From: an uncultured Gammaproteobacteria bacterium
GTDB taxonomy: Bacteria; Pseudomonadota; Gammaproteobacteria; Magnimaribacterales; TMED112
Assembly (NCBI GenBank): GCA_913052565.1
Contig: CAJXFH010000001.1
Span: 15,772 to 79,771 of the forward strand
Direction: 5' to 3'
DNA length: 64,000 bases
The position numbers and the translations under genes are program-made. Shown piece after piece: positions 47,564 through 57,905 of the stretch. Every line of letters starts with the position of its first letter. Position 1 is the stretch's first letter. Under the pieces are notes generated by a model that saw only the letters and a list, made by a program, of their open reading frames with translations, had not been told where the DNA came from and searched no databases.

Positions 47564-48314
47564 CGAAGGCAGTTACACCTTCAATGTTATCTTTAGCACC
47601 AACAAGCTTTTCTTGAATTGCTGCCTCATCTTGTAAATTCTTTTCGTATGACTTATTAAAACTTTCTCGCATTAAATGTTTGGTTTTAGCGATAGATTGT
47701 GGAGCCAAATCAACATAATTTTTAGCTAAAGCAACTGCTGTTTCAAAACTAGATCCATCCTCACAAACCTCTGAGCAAATCCCTAATTCTAGACACTCGC
47801 CTGCAGTTACTCTTTGGGCTTCAGCAGCCATTCGATAGGCTTTTTGATAACCAACAACTCTTGGTAGTAGCCAATTGGTACCGCCGTCTGGTATTAACGC
47901 AATCTTTGAGAAGCCAACCTGAAAGAAACTTGAGTTTGACATCACAACAATGTCTGAACTTAAAAGGTATGCACAGCCTATGCCTGCACATGGACCCTCT
48001 ACTGCAGAAATAACAACTTTATCCATATAAACTAAATTATTTAAGCCTATGTGGTAGCCTTTGTTGAGTGCATCCTCAACACTACTCCAGCCCATATCTG
48101 TACCTTGCTGTGCCGTTAGATCAGCACCAGCACAAAAAGCGCTGCCATTACCACCAATTACTACCGCTCTAAATTTCTTATCTTTTGCTTTTTCAGAATA
48201 CTCATTAAAAAGGAGCACTGTTTCCTGATCTAAGGCATTTCTCTTTTCAGGTCTATTAAGTTTAATTACTGCAATATCACCTAAATCCTCAAATAAAACT
48301 TTTGGTTCAGTCAT
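47529..48314 (-). CDS. enoyl-CoA hydratase/isomerase family protein
   Basis: It has a crotonase fold, with IAVIKLNRPEKRNAL and GGNGSAFCAGADL. Confidence 0.88.
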   Translation of the reverse strand: MTEPKVLFEDLGDIAVIKLNRPEKRNALDQETVLLFNEYSEKAKDKKFRAVVIGGNGSAFCAGADLTAQQGTDMGWSSVEDALNKGYHIGLNNLVYMDKVVISAVEGPCAGIGCAYLLSSDIVVMSNSSFFQVGFSKIALIPDGGTNWLLPRVVGYQKAYRMAAEAQRVTAGECLELGICSEVCEDGSSFETAVALAKNYVDLAPQSIAKTKHLMRESFNKSYEKNLQDEAAIQEKLVGAKDNIEGVTAFVEKRKPNFTGE

Positions 48315-49278
48315 TTAATTCTTCCGCTATTAGATAATTATTAGTTTTTGTTAATAAGACACTTTTCTTCTCAGCATCTTCTCTATGGAATTTTATAATA
48401 GGATTTGCTGTCTGTCTTGAATGAAAGAAAGATTTCTCTAGTTCTTTCATTTGACTCTCGTTAGGCGATGCGTAAGATTGTTTATCCAGCCATATTCGTA
48501 TAATCTCGGAACGTTCAAAATAATCTAGCTCTATAAGCTCGGATATTAATAAACCATCGTCATCACAAACTTTTTCCAGCTTTTCGCTCAAATATCTATG
48601 ATATAAATTGCTTTGTTTTGCCAATAAATTAGCCATACGGGCTGTATTTTTTCTTGCTGCTGGCCACCTGGCAGTAATTTTTGGAATTATTTGATTGCGC
48701 AGAAAATTTCGACTGTAAGCATTATCTTCGTTGGATTCATCTTCAATAAAATCTAGCTTTTTTGAAGTAGAGATATCGATAATTTCATCCTTTGAAAGAT
48801 TCAACATTGGTCTAATCACAACTTTTCCTTTCACATTAGAAACTCTTTGCATGCCAGAAAGCCCTTTAAGTCCTGTACCTCTCAACACACGGAAAAATAC
48901 AGTTTCAACCTGATCATCCATATGATGGCCTAAAATAATTACTGTTCCCTCTTTGTAAGCATCAAAAATACTGAACCTAGCAGCTCTTGCAGCAGCTTCA
49001 TAGCCTTGACCCTGTTGTTCAACATTTACTTTTTTTTCTTCGAATTTGATTTTGTGCTGTTGGCAAATTTTTGAGCAATGTTCAGCCCAAGAATCGCTAT
49101 TTCCTTGGGTTTGGTGATTGACATGTAAAGCGGTTAACTTTTCTGTTTTTTCACAGCTAGCTAAGAATTCAAATGCAGCGAATAAGGCCAAAGTTGAATC
49201 AGCACCACCACTAAAACCAACTACTACTTCATCGCTTTCTAGCAGAATATTTTTTTCTGACTCAGTAAAGAAATCCAT
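48307..49278 (-). CDS. tilS: tRNA(Ile)-lysidine synthase, short form (323 aa)
   Basis: It has the PP-loop VVGFSGGADSTL. The accA-tilS synteny is conserved. Confidence 0.88.
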   Translation of the reverse strand: MDFFTESEKNILLESDEVVVGFSGGADSTLALFAAFEFLASCEKTEKLTALHVNHQTQGNSDSWAEHCSKICQQHKIKFEEKKVNVEQQGQGYEAAARAARFSIFDAYKEGTVIILGHHMDDQVETVFFRVLRGTGLKGLSGMQRVSNVKGKVVIRPMLNLSKDEIIDISTSKKLDFIEDESNEDNAYSRNFLRNQIIPKITARWPAARKNTARMANLLAKQSNLYHRYLSEKLEKVCDDDGLLISELIELDYFERSEIIRIWLDKQSYASPNESQMKELEKSFFHSRQTANPIIKFHREDAEKKSVLLTKTNNYLIAEELND

Positions 49279-49279
49279 A

Positions 49280-50221
49280 TCAGACTCCTATACTTTTAAA
49301 TTTTTCGTATCGTTTGCTTGTTAAGCCTTCTATAGAATGTTTTGATAAATTTTTTAACTCATTTAAAAAATAATTTTTAACGTTTTTATAAGTCTCTTCA
49401 TGGTTCCTATGAGCACCACCTATAGGCTCATGCACTATTTCGTCAATAATGCCCAGCTCAATAAGATTTGCTGCATCTAATTTTAATGCGTCAGCTGCTT
49501 CTTCAGCATTTTTTGCAGTACGCCATAAAATTGAGGCGCATGCTTCAGGTGATGCTACTGAGTAGATTGAGTATTCAAGCATACCAATTCTATCAGCAAG
49601 GCCAATGCCAAAACCTCCCCCTGAGCCACCTTCTCCAATTACTAAATTAACAATTGGTGTTTGTAAATCAGACATGATCTCTAAACTTTTGGCAATTGCT
49701 TCATGCTGACCAGAATATTCTGCTTTTACGCCAGGATATGCCCCGGGTGTATCTATTAATGTCAGGACTGGTATAGAAAATTTTTCTGCAAGCTTCATTA
49801 ATCTATTAGCCTTTCTAAAGCCAGATGGATGTGGCATACCAAAGTTTCTGCTGACTCTATCTTCAGTTTCCCTTCCCTTTTCGTGCCCTATTACGACAAC
49901 TGGATAATTATCTAAAAAAGCAAAGCCGCCAATGATTGCTTTATCATCCTCACTTAACCTATCGCCATGTATTTCTTCAAACCCGTCGAATACTTCATAC
50001 ATATAATCTAAGGTGTGTGGACGATTTGGATGTCTTGCTACTAGTACTTTTTGCCAAGGACTTAAATTTGAATAAATCTTTTCAGTTTCTATTTTTGATT
50101 GTTCCTCCAACGCAGCTATTTCTTCAGCTAAATTAGTAGGAGCAGGAACTATTTTTTTTAGTTCCTCAATTTTTTCTAAGCAAGTATATATTGGTTGCTC
50201 AAATTCTAAATGTTGTTCCAT
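49280..50221 (-). CDS. accA: acetyl-CoA carboxylase carboxyltransferase alpha subunit
   Basis: It aligns full-length (RHPNRPHTLDY, IDTPGAYPG, GEGGSGG). Confidence 0.97.
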   Translation of the reverse strand: MEQHLEFEQPIYTCLEKIEELKKIVPAPTNLAEEIAALEEQSKIETEKIYSNLSPWQKVLVARHPNRPHTLDYMYEVFDGFEEIHGDRLSEDDKAIIGGFAFLDNYPVVVIGHEKGRETEDRVSRNFGMPHPSGFRKANRLMKLAEKFSIPVLTLIDTPGAYPGVKAEYSGQHEAIAKSLEIMSDLQTPIVNLVIGEGGSGGGFGIGLADRIGMLEYSIYSVASPEACASILWRTAKNAEEAADALKLDAANLIELGIIDEIVHEPIGGAHRNHEETYKNVKNYFLNELKNLSKHSIEGLTSKRYEKFKSIGV

Positions 50222-50223
50222 TC

Positions 50224-53200
50224 TTAAAACAGTTTGTAATTCTCTTCGCCAAAAATCTCATTTATCTTGTCGAACGTACTATCCTCTAAGGAAATTTTAA
50301 AGGTGTCAACTTTTACTTCACTGGAAATATTTAGTTCATCATCCATTAAATTAAGAATTACTTCTAAACCATCTGGATCGTTTAAGCTCTTTAATTCTTT
50401 AAACTTTCCATTGCCAAGCTCCTTCAACTTTTTTCTAGGTACATTTAATTGGATTTTAGATGTAACAAGATTTCGTGCCAACTCTATAGGCATAACATCT
50501 GTAGCTCGTATTTTTATGCCAACATCCTCAAAATTACCTCTTCTGTAATCATCTGCAACAACTGTACCTTTAATCATTACTACAGAATTTTCTTTAAAAA
50601 GAGGTTTTTTCTCGTCATACAGTTCTATTGGCACTGAAACATCTATTAAGCCTGTCTCATCCGAGATCTCTAGGAATACAAATATACTTGTACCCTTCTT
50701 TACAATCCGCCTGTGGTTTATTAAGGCAGGAATAAATTTTTCATTAGTCGTGGTCATAAGCTTATTAATTGGCTGTAATTTTGAAGAAATAGTTTTTCTT
50801 AATAATGAAACTGGATGCTTGCTGTAATAAAAACCAAATGATTCAAGCTCCATTTTTAGTTTCTCTGATTCAGAAAAATGTTTTAGTTCATAGCCACTTA
50901 CTTTCATATCATTTTCACTACCAAACATTTCCATAACTGCTGATTCTTTTGATTTAAATTTCTGTTCTGAAGCTTCCAAGTAACTCTTAATTGAACTTAC
51001 TGCTTCATCACGCGTACATATCTCATCGAAAGCACCAGCTTTTGCCATGCTCTGTAATGACCTAATACCTCCTTTCCTTAAATCTACTCTAGATGCAAAA
51101 TCCATAAGGCTGGTATATCGGCCATTTGCTCTTTCGGCACAAACTTCTTCTATAAACTTTCTTCCAACATCTTTTAATGCAGCAAGACCATATTCGATTT
51201 CATCCTTTTCGTTAACAATAAAAGTTGGGTGTGATGTATTTATATTTGGCGATAGTATAGTTACATCCATAACAGCACAATCCTTAACATGAGGTTCAAG
51301 CTTATCTGTCTTATCTTGTTCTGATGAAAGGACTGACGCTATAAAGTGCGATGGAAAATGTGTCTTTAAATATGCTGTTTGATAAGCAATTAATGCATAA
51401 GCAGCCGAATGTGATTTATTAAAACCATAGCCTGCGAATTTTTCTATATTGTCAAAAATTTCATTAGCTTTTTTCTTGCCAATACTATTATTTTCACAAC
51501 CATCTACAAAAACACTTTTCTCAGCTTCCATCACATCTGCTTTTTTCTTACCCATGGCTCTACGCAAATTATCAGCATCTCCTAGTGAGTAAGAGGCTAA
51601 TACTTGAGCAGCTTCCATAACTTGTTCTTGATAAACAAACACACCATAAGTTTCATTTAATACCTTTTTAAGATCTGGATGCTGGTAGGCAATACTTTCT
51701 CGACCGTTTTTTCTATTGATATAGTCATCTGCCATTCCTGAATTAAGTGGTCCTGGCCTGTAAAGTGCTACAAGAGCAGTTATATCCGAGAAATTTTCTG
51801 GTTTCATACGTTTAATCAAATCCATCATGCCACTTGATTCCAATTGGAAAATTCCTTTTGTTTTTCCAGAACTTAGTAAGCTAAATACTTTAGGATCATC
51901 ATAAGAAATCTTCTTAAGCTTAAAATCAGGTTTCACTTTTTGAACCGACTTTACTGCATTATTAATGACAGTTAGTGTTCTCAATCCTAAGAAATCAAAT
52001 TTAACTAGACCAACATCTTCAACGTCATACATATCAAGTTGAGTTGCCATAGAGTTAGTTTCAACATCGTAATGAAGCGGGGTAAATTCATGAATATCAT
52101 TCGGGGCAATAACTACACCAGCCGCATGTTTTCCAATACTTCTTGCACAACCCTCTAATTTCAAGGAAAGCTCAAGAACCTCAGCTGCTTCTTCATTATC
52201 TTTCCTAATTGCTTGTAATTCAGGTGACTCATTTATGGCGTCGTTTAATTTGATTCCAGGCGTGAGCGGGATCATTTTAGCAATCATGTCACCAAAGCCA
52301 TAAGGTTTGCCCAAAATTCTTGTTACATCTCTTGTTACACCGCGAGCTGCCATCGTTCCAAGCGTTCCAATCTGTGCAACAGATTCAACACCATATTTGT
52401 TTTGAACATATTCAATAACTTTATCTCGGCCTTCGATACAAAAATCAATATCAAAATCAGGCAAAGACATACGTTCCGGATTTAAGAATCTTTCAAAAAG
52501 TAAGCCATGTTCAATAGGATCAAGGGAAGTTATAGAAAGCACAAATGCAACTAAAGAACCTGCGCCTGAGCCTCTGCCTGGACCAACTGGAATCTCTTGA
52601 TCTTTTGCCCATTTCACAAAATCCATCACAATTAGGAAATACCCTGGATAGCCTTTATCAATGATTATTTTAAGTTCTTTATCCAGACGTTCTTGGTAAA
52701 GAATTTTATCGATTTTAGGATTTTCATTTAGATATTCATCCAATTTGTTTTGAGCAATTTCTTCAAGATGTTGAGCAAGTGACTTATTTTCTTCAATTTC
52801 GTAAGAAGGCAAATAATATTGCTCCTCTTCTAAAAATACATTGCATAGTTTTGCTACTTCAAAAGTATTTGCCATTGATTCAGCACTATGATTTTCAGCC
52901 ATTTCATTCGTAGATTTGAAATATTGCTCTGTGGAGATAGTTGGATTGTCAATTTCATCTTTAAGTAAAGTTGCATTATTAATTGCTACTTTTGCTTGAT
53001 GTGCAAGGTGGTCATCCTTTTGCAGAAATAGTACATCATTCAACGCAAGGACTGGGATTTTTAATTTTTCAGCTATTTCACAAATTAGTGCGGTCGCATT
53101 GTCATATCCTTGATCTGAAAAAGTTGTAGCTCCGATAAATAAATTTTCTCTAAATGCCTTATGAAATTGCATAATTTCTTCTTCTAATCTCAGTAAGTCT

Positions 53201-53622
53201 TTCTTGAGTGCAAGATTTCTTAAATTATTTGAATTTGCTGGCAAGATGCATACAAGATTATTCGAATTAGCTAATACCTCTTCAACTCTAATACTTCTTT
53301 GCTCATTTCCAGCATTCACAAAAGCATCTGTACTCAATTTAAATAAAGCCTCAAGCCCTGCTTTATTTTTTGCTAATAGCAATATATTCGAAAAACCACT
53401 TTGATTTTTTACATCAAAATCCACGCCACAAATTGGTTTAATGCCTTTCGAAATTGCATATTTATAAAATTTAACCAACCCAAAAAATGTATTCTTATCT
53501 GTTAAGGCAACAGCAGGCATGCCTAATTCAACTGCTTTATCAATGATCTCTTGTGTTTTTGGCAAGCCACATGAAATGCTGTAATGTGATTTTGTTTGCA
53601 AATGAATAAAATTAGACATCAT
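50224..53622 (-). CDS. dnaE: DNA polymerase III alpha subunit
   Basis: It is 1132 aa, with a PHP domain (FIHLQTKSHYS), palm/fingers motifs and an OB domain. Confidence 0.98.
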   Translation of the reverse strand: MMSNFIHLQTKSHYSISCGLPKTQEIIDKAVELGMPAVALTDKNTFFGLVKFYKYAISKGIKPICGVDFDVKNQSGFSNILLLAKNKAGLEALFKLSTDAFVNAGNEQRSIRVEEVLANSNNLVCILPANSNNLRNLALKKDLLRLEEEIMQFHKAFRENLFIGATTFSDQGYDNATALICEIAEKLKIPVLALNDVLFLQKDDHLAHQAKVAINNATLLKDEIDNPTISTEQYFKSTNEMAENHSAESMANTFEVAKLCNVFLEEEQYYLPSYEIEENKSLAQHLEEIAQNKLDEYLNENPKIDKILYQERLDKELKIIIDKGYPGYFLIVMDFVKWAKDQEIPVGPGRGSGAGSLVAFVLSITSLDPIEHGLLFERFLNPERMSLPDFDIDFCIEGRDKVIEYVQNKYGVESVAQIGTLGTMAARGVTRDVTRILGKPYGFGDMIAKMIPLTPGIKLNDAINESPELQAIRKDNEEAAEVLELSLKLEGCARSIGKHAAGVVIAPNDIHEFTPLHYDVETNSMATQLDMYDVEDVGLVKFDFLGLRTLTVINNAVKSVQKVKPDFKLKKISYDDPKVFSLLSSGKTKGIFQLESSGMMDLIKRMKPENFSDITALVALYRPGPLNSGMADDYINRKNGRESIAYQHPDLKKVLNETYGVFVYQEQVMEAAQVLASYSLGDADNLRRAMGKKKADVMEAEKSVFVDGCENNSIGKKKANEIFDNIEKFAGYGFNKSHSAAYALIAYQTAYLKTHFPSHFIASVLSSEQDKTDKLEPHVKDCAVMDVTILSPNINTSHPTFIVNEKDEIEYGLAALKDVGRKFIEEVCAERANGRYTSLMDFASRVDLRKGGIRSLQSMAKAGAFDEICTRDEAVSSIKSYLEASEQKFKSKESAVMEMFGSENDMKVSGYELKHFSESEKLKMELESFGFYYSKHPVSLLRKTISSKLQPINKLMTTTNEKFIPALINHRRIVKKGTSIFVFLEISDETGLIDVSVPIELYDEKKPLFKENSVVMIKGTVVADDYRRGNFEDVGIKIRATDVMPIELARNLVTSKIQLNVPRKKLKELGNGKFKELKSLNDPDGLEVILNLMDDELNISSEVKVDTFKISLEDSTFDKINEIFGEENYKLF

Positions 53623-54176
53623 TAAATTTTAAAACTTTTTCTGTGAATGTTTGATAGTCCAAATTGATTTATAGCCTCTTTATGATCTTTTGTAGGATAT
53701 CCTTTGTTTTTCTCTAAAGAATAATTTGAGAAGCTGACTGAATAGGCAACCATCAACCTATCTCTAAACACTTTTGCTACTATCGAAGCAGCTGCAATTT
53801 CTTGATGCTTCGTGTCTCCTTTTATTACAGCTTCAGCATTAACCATTTTGTTTGGAATATATTTTCCATCTATCAAAATAGAATCTGGAATTATTGGAAG
53901 ATTCATAATTGCGCGTTCCATTGAAAGGTGTGAAGCTCTTAAAACATTAAGGCAATCTATTTCTTCAGAAGTTGCAATACCAATACCTACATAAAAGTTT
54001 TGCCTAATGTGTTTAGCTTGAATATATCTATTTTTCTCAGAGGTTTTCTTTGAATCTTTGAAAATAATTTCAGAGCCTTTATCTCCGATTATTACGGCTG
54101 CTGAGACTACTGGACCTGCTAAACATCCAAGCCCAACCTCATCAACTCCTGCTATCTTCATAAAGTTCTTCAGCAA
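53622..54176 (-). CDS. rnhB: ribonuclease HII
   Basis: It has IAGVDEVGLGCLAGPVV. The start could alternatively be Met-6 (54161). Confidence 0.93.
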   Translation of the reverse strand: MLKNFMKIAGVDEVGLGCLAGPVVSAAVIIGDKGSEIIFKDSKKTSEKNRYIQAKHIRQNFYVGIGIATSEEIDCLNVLRASHLSMERAIMNLPIIPDSILIDGKYIPNKMVNAEAVIKGDTKHQEIAAASIVAKVFRDRLMVAYSVSFSNYSLEKNKGYPTKDHKEAINQFGLSNIHRKSFKI

Positions 54177-55209
54177 AAGTATTGAAATTTGGTTTAATCA
54201 ATTTTTCTTTTACTTTCCTAGTTATTTCAACTTTGAAAGACAAATCATTGATTATGCTTTCTAAATCTTCAGCAATATTCTCCTCAGTCACTTCTGATTG
54301 TATTAATTCAGAGAAAACTTCTTCATCGGCAATAATGTTTGGGAGACTTGCAAATTCAGTCGAAACAAATTGCTTTAGAATAAAATGATTTAACCAATTC
54401 ATTTTATAAACTACTGTTGCTGGTGTTTCAGCAATTAATGCTTCGAGAGTTGCTGTTCCAGAGCAAATAATGGCTGCTTTAGATTTCTGTAAAATTTCGA
54501 GTGCTGAAACTTTTTCACAAATTATATTATCGTCAACTAAATACGAATCAATTAATGATTTGTCTTCACTTTTATAAACCGGAATAACAGCTTTGTAATT
54601 TTTATCCTGATTAAATTTTTTAAATCCTTGGATCATTGCTGGCAGATTATATTTGATTTCAGATCTTCTGCTGCCTGGCATTATGCATATCTGATTTTCT
54701 CGAACTACTTCATTCACACTCAGATCTTCTGCTAATGGATGACCTATACATAGAGATTTTTTTTCGACATTTACGCAATATTGCATTTCAAATGGAAACA
54801 AACAAAGCATATAGTCTACATGTTTAAAGTGTTTTACTCTGCCAGGACGCCAAGCCCAGACTGAGGGACAAACAACATGAATAGTCTTAATTCCTTTAGC
54901 TTTTAATTTTTTATGAATTTCAAAATTAAAATCTGGAGCATCAATACCAATAAAAATATCAATATTTGAATCTAGAAATTGTGTGATAATTTTTTTGCGA
55001 AATGATGTAATCTTATGAAAATTCAATAAAGGTTCAACTAAACCCATAATCTCCAAAATTGATCTATCCTCGGATAGACCAAATTCTTTTAAAGGCCCGC
55101 CACCTATTCCAATTACTTCTAAATTATCAAATTTATTTCTTAAAGCTCTCAAGATATTAGAGCCTAAAAGATCACCAGATGGTTCGGCAGATACAATACC
55201 GATTTTCAA
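54142..55209 (-). CDS. lpxB: lipid-A-disaccharide synthase
   Basis: The N-terminus reads IGIVSAEPSGDLLGS. The lpxA-lpxB-rnhB synteny is conserved. Confidence 0.93.
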   Translation of the reverse strand: MKIGIVSAEPSGDLLGSNILRALRNKFDNLEVIGIGGGPLKEFGLSEDRSILEIMGLVEPLLNFHKITSFRKKIITQFLDSNIDIFIGIDAPDFNFEIHKKLKAKGIKTIHVVCPSVWAWRPGRVKHFKHVDYMLCLFPFEMQYCVNVEKKSLCIGHPLAEDLSVNEVVRENQICIMPGSRRSEIKYNLPAMIQGFKKFNQDKNYKAVIPVYKSEDKSLIDSYLVDDNIICEKVSALEILQKSKAAIICSGTATLEALIAETPATVVYKMNWLNHFILKQFVSTEFASLPNIIADEEVFSELIQSEVTEENIAEDLESIINDLSFKVEITRKVKEKLIKPNFNTFAEELYEDSRS

Positions 55210-55986
55210 TTATCTTATTACTCCTCTAGTAGAATTTTTAATTGAATCTACAAAAATTTTCAGGCTATCGTTGCTTTTACATTCCTTTGAAATCATATCT
55301 AATGCTTCTTCAACCTTAAGACCTTGTCTAAAAAATATTTTGTAAGCTTTTTTGAGATTGGAAATATCATCTGCCGAGAAATTTTTTCTTTCTAAACCAA
55401 TACTGTTAAGACCAGCCTGTTTGATTGGACTTCCGGCAACTCTAGTGAAAGCAGGCACATCCATTGTTACATGTGCTCCAAGTCCAGTGAATGAATATGA
55501 CCCCAACTGACAAAATTGGTGAATTAATGTATAACCGCCCAAAGTAACATGATCACCTAGTTTCACATGTCCAGCTAAAGCAGAGTTGTCTACCAAGATA
55601 TTATCGTCACCGATCACACAATCATGAGCAATCATTACTCCTGGCATGACTAAATTATTGTCCCCAATTTTTGTGTAGCCTAAATCAACATCTGTTCCCC
55701 TGTGAACTTTACAGAATTCTCTAAAAATATTATTTTTTCCAACTTCTAGACTAGATTTTTCACCTTTGTATTTAAGATCAGGTGTAGCTTCACCAACCAC
55801 ACAAAATGAAAAGAACTTATTTCCAGAACCAAAATTTGAGGGCCCTTTCACTACAACATGTGCATCAAGTTCACAATCAGGTCCTAAATTTACATCAGAA
55901 CCAACTATCGAGTATGGCCCAATCTTTACACTACTATGAATTTTAGCTGAAGGATCAATTATTGCTGTTTCGTGTATATTACTCAT
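55210..55986 (-). CDS. lpxA: UDP-N-acetylglucosamine acyltransferase
   Basis: It has a left-handed beta-helix of hexapeptide repeats, starting IHETAIIDPSAKI. It lies between fabZ and lpxB. Confidence 0.95.
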   Translation of the reverse strand: MSNIHETAIIDPSAKIHSSVKIGPYSIVGSDVNLGPDCELDAHVVVKGPSNFGSGNKFFSFCVVGEATPDLKYKGEKSSLEVGKNNIFREFCKVHRGTDVDLGYTKIGDNNLVMPGVMIAHDCVIGDDNILVDNSALAGHVKLGDHVTLGGYTLIHQFCQLGSYSFTGLGAHVTMDVPAFTRVAGSPIKQAGLNSIGLERKNFSADDISNLKKAYKIFFRQGLKVEEALDMISKECKSNDSLKIFVDSIKNSTRGVIR

Positions 55987-56416
55987 TTAAACTTCTATCT
56001 GCGCAAAGTATTTCTGCTGAACATACTCGCTCCTCATCTGAAAAAGCTTCGGATCTAAATTTCCAAATACCTCTTTTAGAGCTGATAACTTCTGTTTTAA
56101 AAATCAGTGTATCACCTGGAAGAACTTTTTTTCTAAATCTTACTTTTTCGATACCTGCCAATAAATATACAGACTTTTCACTTGCAGCTTGATTCATTAT
56201 ATGTGCTCCTAACAGTCCACAACTTTGCGCCATAGCTTCCAACACTATAACACCTGGCATAATTGGAAAACTTGGAAAATGTCCTTTGAAAAAAGGTTCA
56301 TCTGGTGAAACAAAACGTTCAGCTACAATTGATTCATTACTGATCTCGATAACCTTATCAATAAACAAGAATGGGTCTCTGTGTGGAAGTAACGTCTTTA
56401 CGTCTAAGATACTCAT
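55979..56416 (-). CDS. fabZ: 3-hydroxyacyl-ACP dehydratase FabZ
   Basis: It has LPHRDPFLFIDKV and GHFPSFPIMPGV. Confidence 0.96.
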   Translation of the reverse strand: MSILDVKTLLPHRDPFLFIDKVIEISNESIVAERFVSPDEPFFKGHFPSFPIMPGVIVLEAMAQSCGLLGAHIMNQAASEKSVYLLAGIEKVRFRKKVLPGDTLIFKTEVISSKRGIWKFRSEAFSDEERVCSAEILCADRSLNE

Positions 56417-57312
56417 TATTTTTTTATTTTCGCAATAAATTTTAGGGAATCTGAATGCTTTTGTATTGGCATTACACCACTGTATATTCCAGGCTCTTTC
56501 AATGATTTTGTTACAAGTGTTTTAGCATAAACAACAACATTATCGGCTATTTCAATGTGGCCTACGATTCCTACTTGGCCAGCAATCTGGCAGTTTTTTC
56601 CTATTCTAACACTGCCAGCCATTCCTGATTGACCAGCTATGGCAGTATTCTCGCCAATATGGCAGTTGTGCGCAACATGTACATGATTATCAAGCTTCAC
56701 ACCATCTTCAATAATTGTATTTCCTAAAGCACCCCTATCAACCGCTGTTTTAGCACCAATCTCAACATTATTTCCAATCTTAACTCCGCCGAGATGTTCA
56801 ATTTTGACCCAACTATTATTTTGTGGAGCATAACCAAATCCATCTGAGCCAATAACTGAGCCCGAATGAATAATTGTATTGTCACCAATCTCAGTACAAG
56901 AATAAATTGACACGTTATCATGTATGACTACATTATCGCCAATCTTACAATTAGGATTAATGACAGTGTTTTCACCTATAACAACATTTTCACCAAATAT
57001 TGTTTCGATGTTTTCATTTTGGTCTTTATAGGTTTTTAAGAAGAGGCCTGAGCAGACTGCGTATGAAAGGTATGGATCTTGCACAATGACAAAATTTTTA
57101 ATGTTCGAAATCTTTTGTGAAATTTCTTCAGTTGTGATCACTGCACCAGCATTTGGATTCAAATGCTCGATGAATTTTTGATCTTTTACATAACAAATCG
57201 AATCCTGAGAACAGGTTTTGGAATCTTGTAAAAATTGGATTTCGAGATCAAATGACCCTAGAGGAGTTCCGCCTAGTAATTCTGCTAACTTCTCTAGAGT
57301 AAATGATTTCAT
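56416..57312 (-). CDS. lpxD: UDP-3-O-acylglucosamine N-acyltransferase (short, 298 aa)
   Basis: It has hexapeptide repeats and an LpxD N-terminal domain (LAELLGG). It sits in the skp-lpxD-fabZ block. Confidence 0.92.
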   Translation of the reverse strand: MKSFTLEKLAELLGGTPLGSFDLEIQFLQDSKTCSQDSICYVKDQKFIEHLNPNAGAVITTEEISQKISNIKNFVIVQDPYLSYAVCSGLFLKTYKDQNENIETIFGENVVIGENTVINPNCKIGDNVVIHDNVSIYSCTEIGDNTIIHSGSVIGSDGFGYAPQNNSWVKIEHLGGVKIGNNVEIGAKTAVDRGALGNTIIEDGVKLDNHVHVAHNCHIGENTAIAGQSGMAGSVRIGKNCQIAGQVGIVGHIEIADNVVVYAKTLVTKSLKEPGIYSGVMPIQKHSDSLKFIAKIKK

Positions 57313-57327
57313 GTAGATAGATTACTA

Positions 57328-57849
57328 CTATTCAGACTTTTCGGTCAAAGCATTATCTAAGTATGCTATAACCTCTTCAGTAATGTCTAAATCAGGATCT
57401 GCATAAAGCAGAGCTCCTGGAGCAACTATCATGTCATATTCTTTCTGTGTTATTAGCTCGCCTAATACTTTCTGAAAAGTTGGAGTAAGAGCATTTACTA
57501 CTTCTTGCTGAGTTTCTTGTGCTTTAGTTTGAAGTTTATTAGATAAAAACTGAAGCTCAGTTTGCTTATCTTGCAATTTTTTCTGCATATCAACTTTTTC
57601 TTCATCAGAAAGAATTTCTTGGTCTTTCTGAAACTTATCAACTAATGCTTGTGCTTCAGCTTGTAATAATTCAAGTCTCTCTCTATCAGCAATGAAGTCA
57701 GTATCTTCATCAAGCTTCTTGAAAGTTTCTTGAGCAAACTGTGTGCTCAGCATTGCAACTTCAGCGTTAAGTACAACAGTCTTAGCATTAATTGGTGCAG
57801 CAAAGGCTACTAGCAATAATGAAAGAAATAAAACTTTTAGTTTGTTCAT
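57328..57849 (-). CDS. skp: periplasmic chaperone Skp/OmpH
   Basis: It has a signal peptide and a long coiled-coil rich in Q/E/K. It lies between bamA and lpxD. Confidence 0.8.
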   Translation of the reverse strand: MNKLKVLFLSLLLVAFAAPINAKTVVLNAEVAMLSTQFAQETFKKLDEDTDFIADRERLELLQAEAQALVDKFQKDQEILSDEEKVDMQKKLQDKQTELQFLSNKLQTKAQETQQEVVNALTPTFQKVLGELITQKEYDMIVAPGALLYADPDLDITEEVIAYLDNALTEKSE

Positions 57850-57905
57850 AATTAATCCTTAAGTTTCGCTATTTTATATGACTTTTTATAAAGAATCGAC
57901 TGTTT

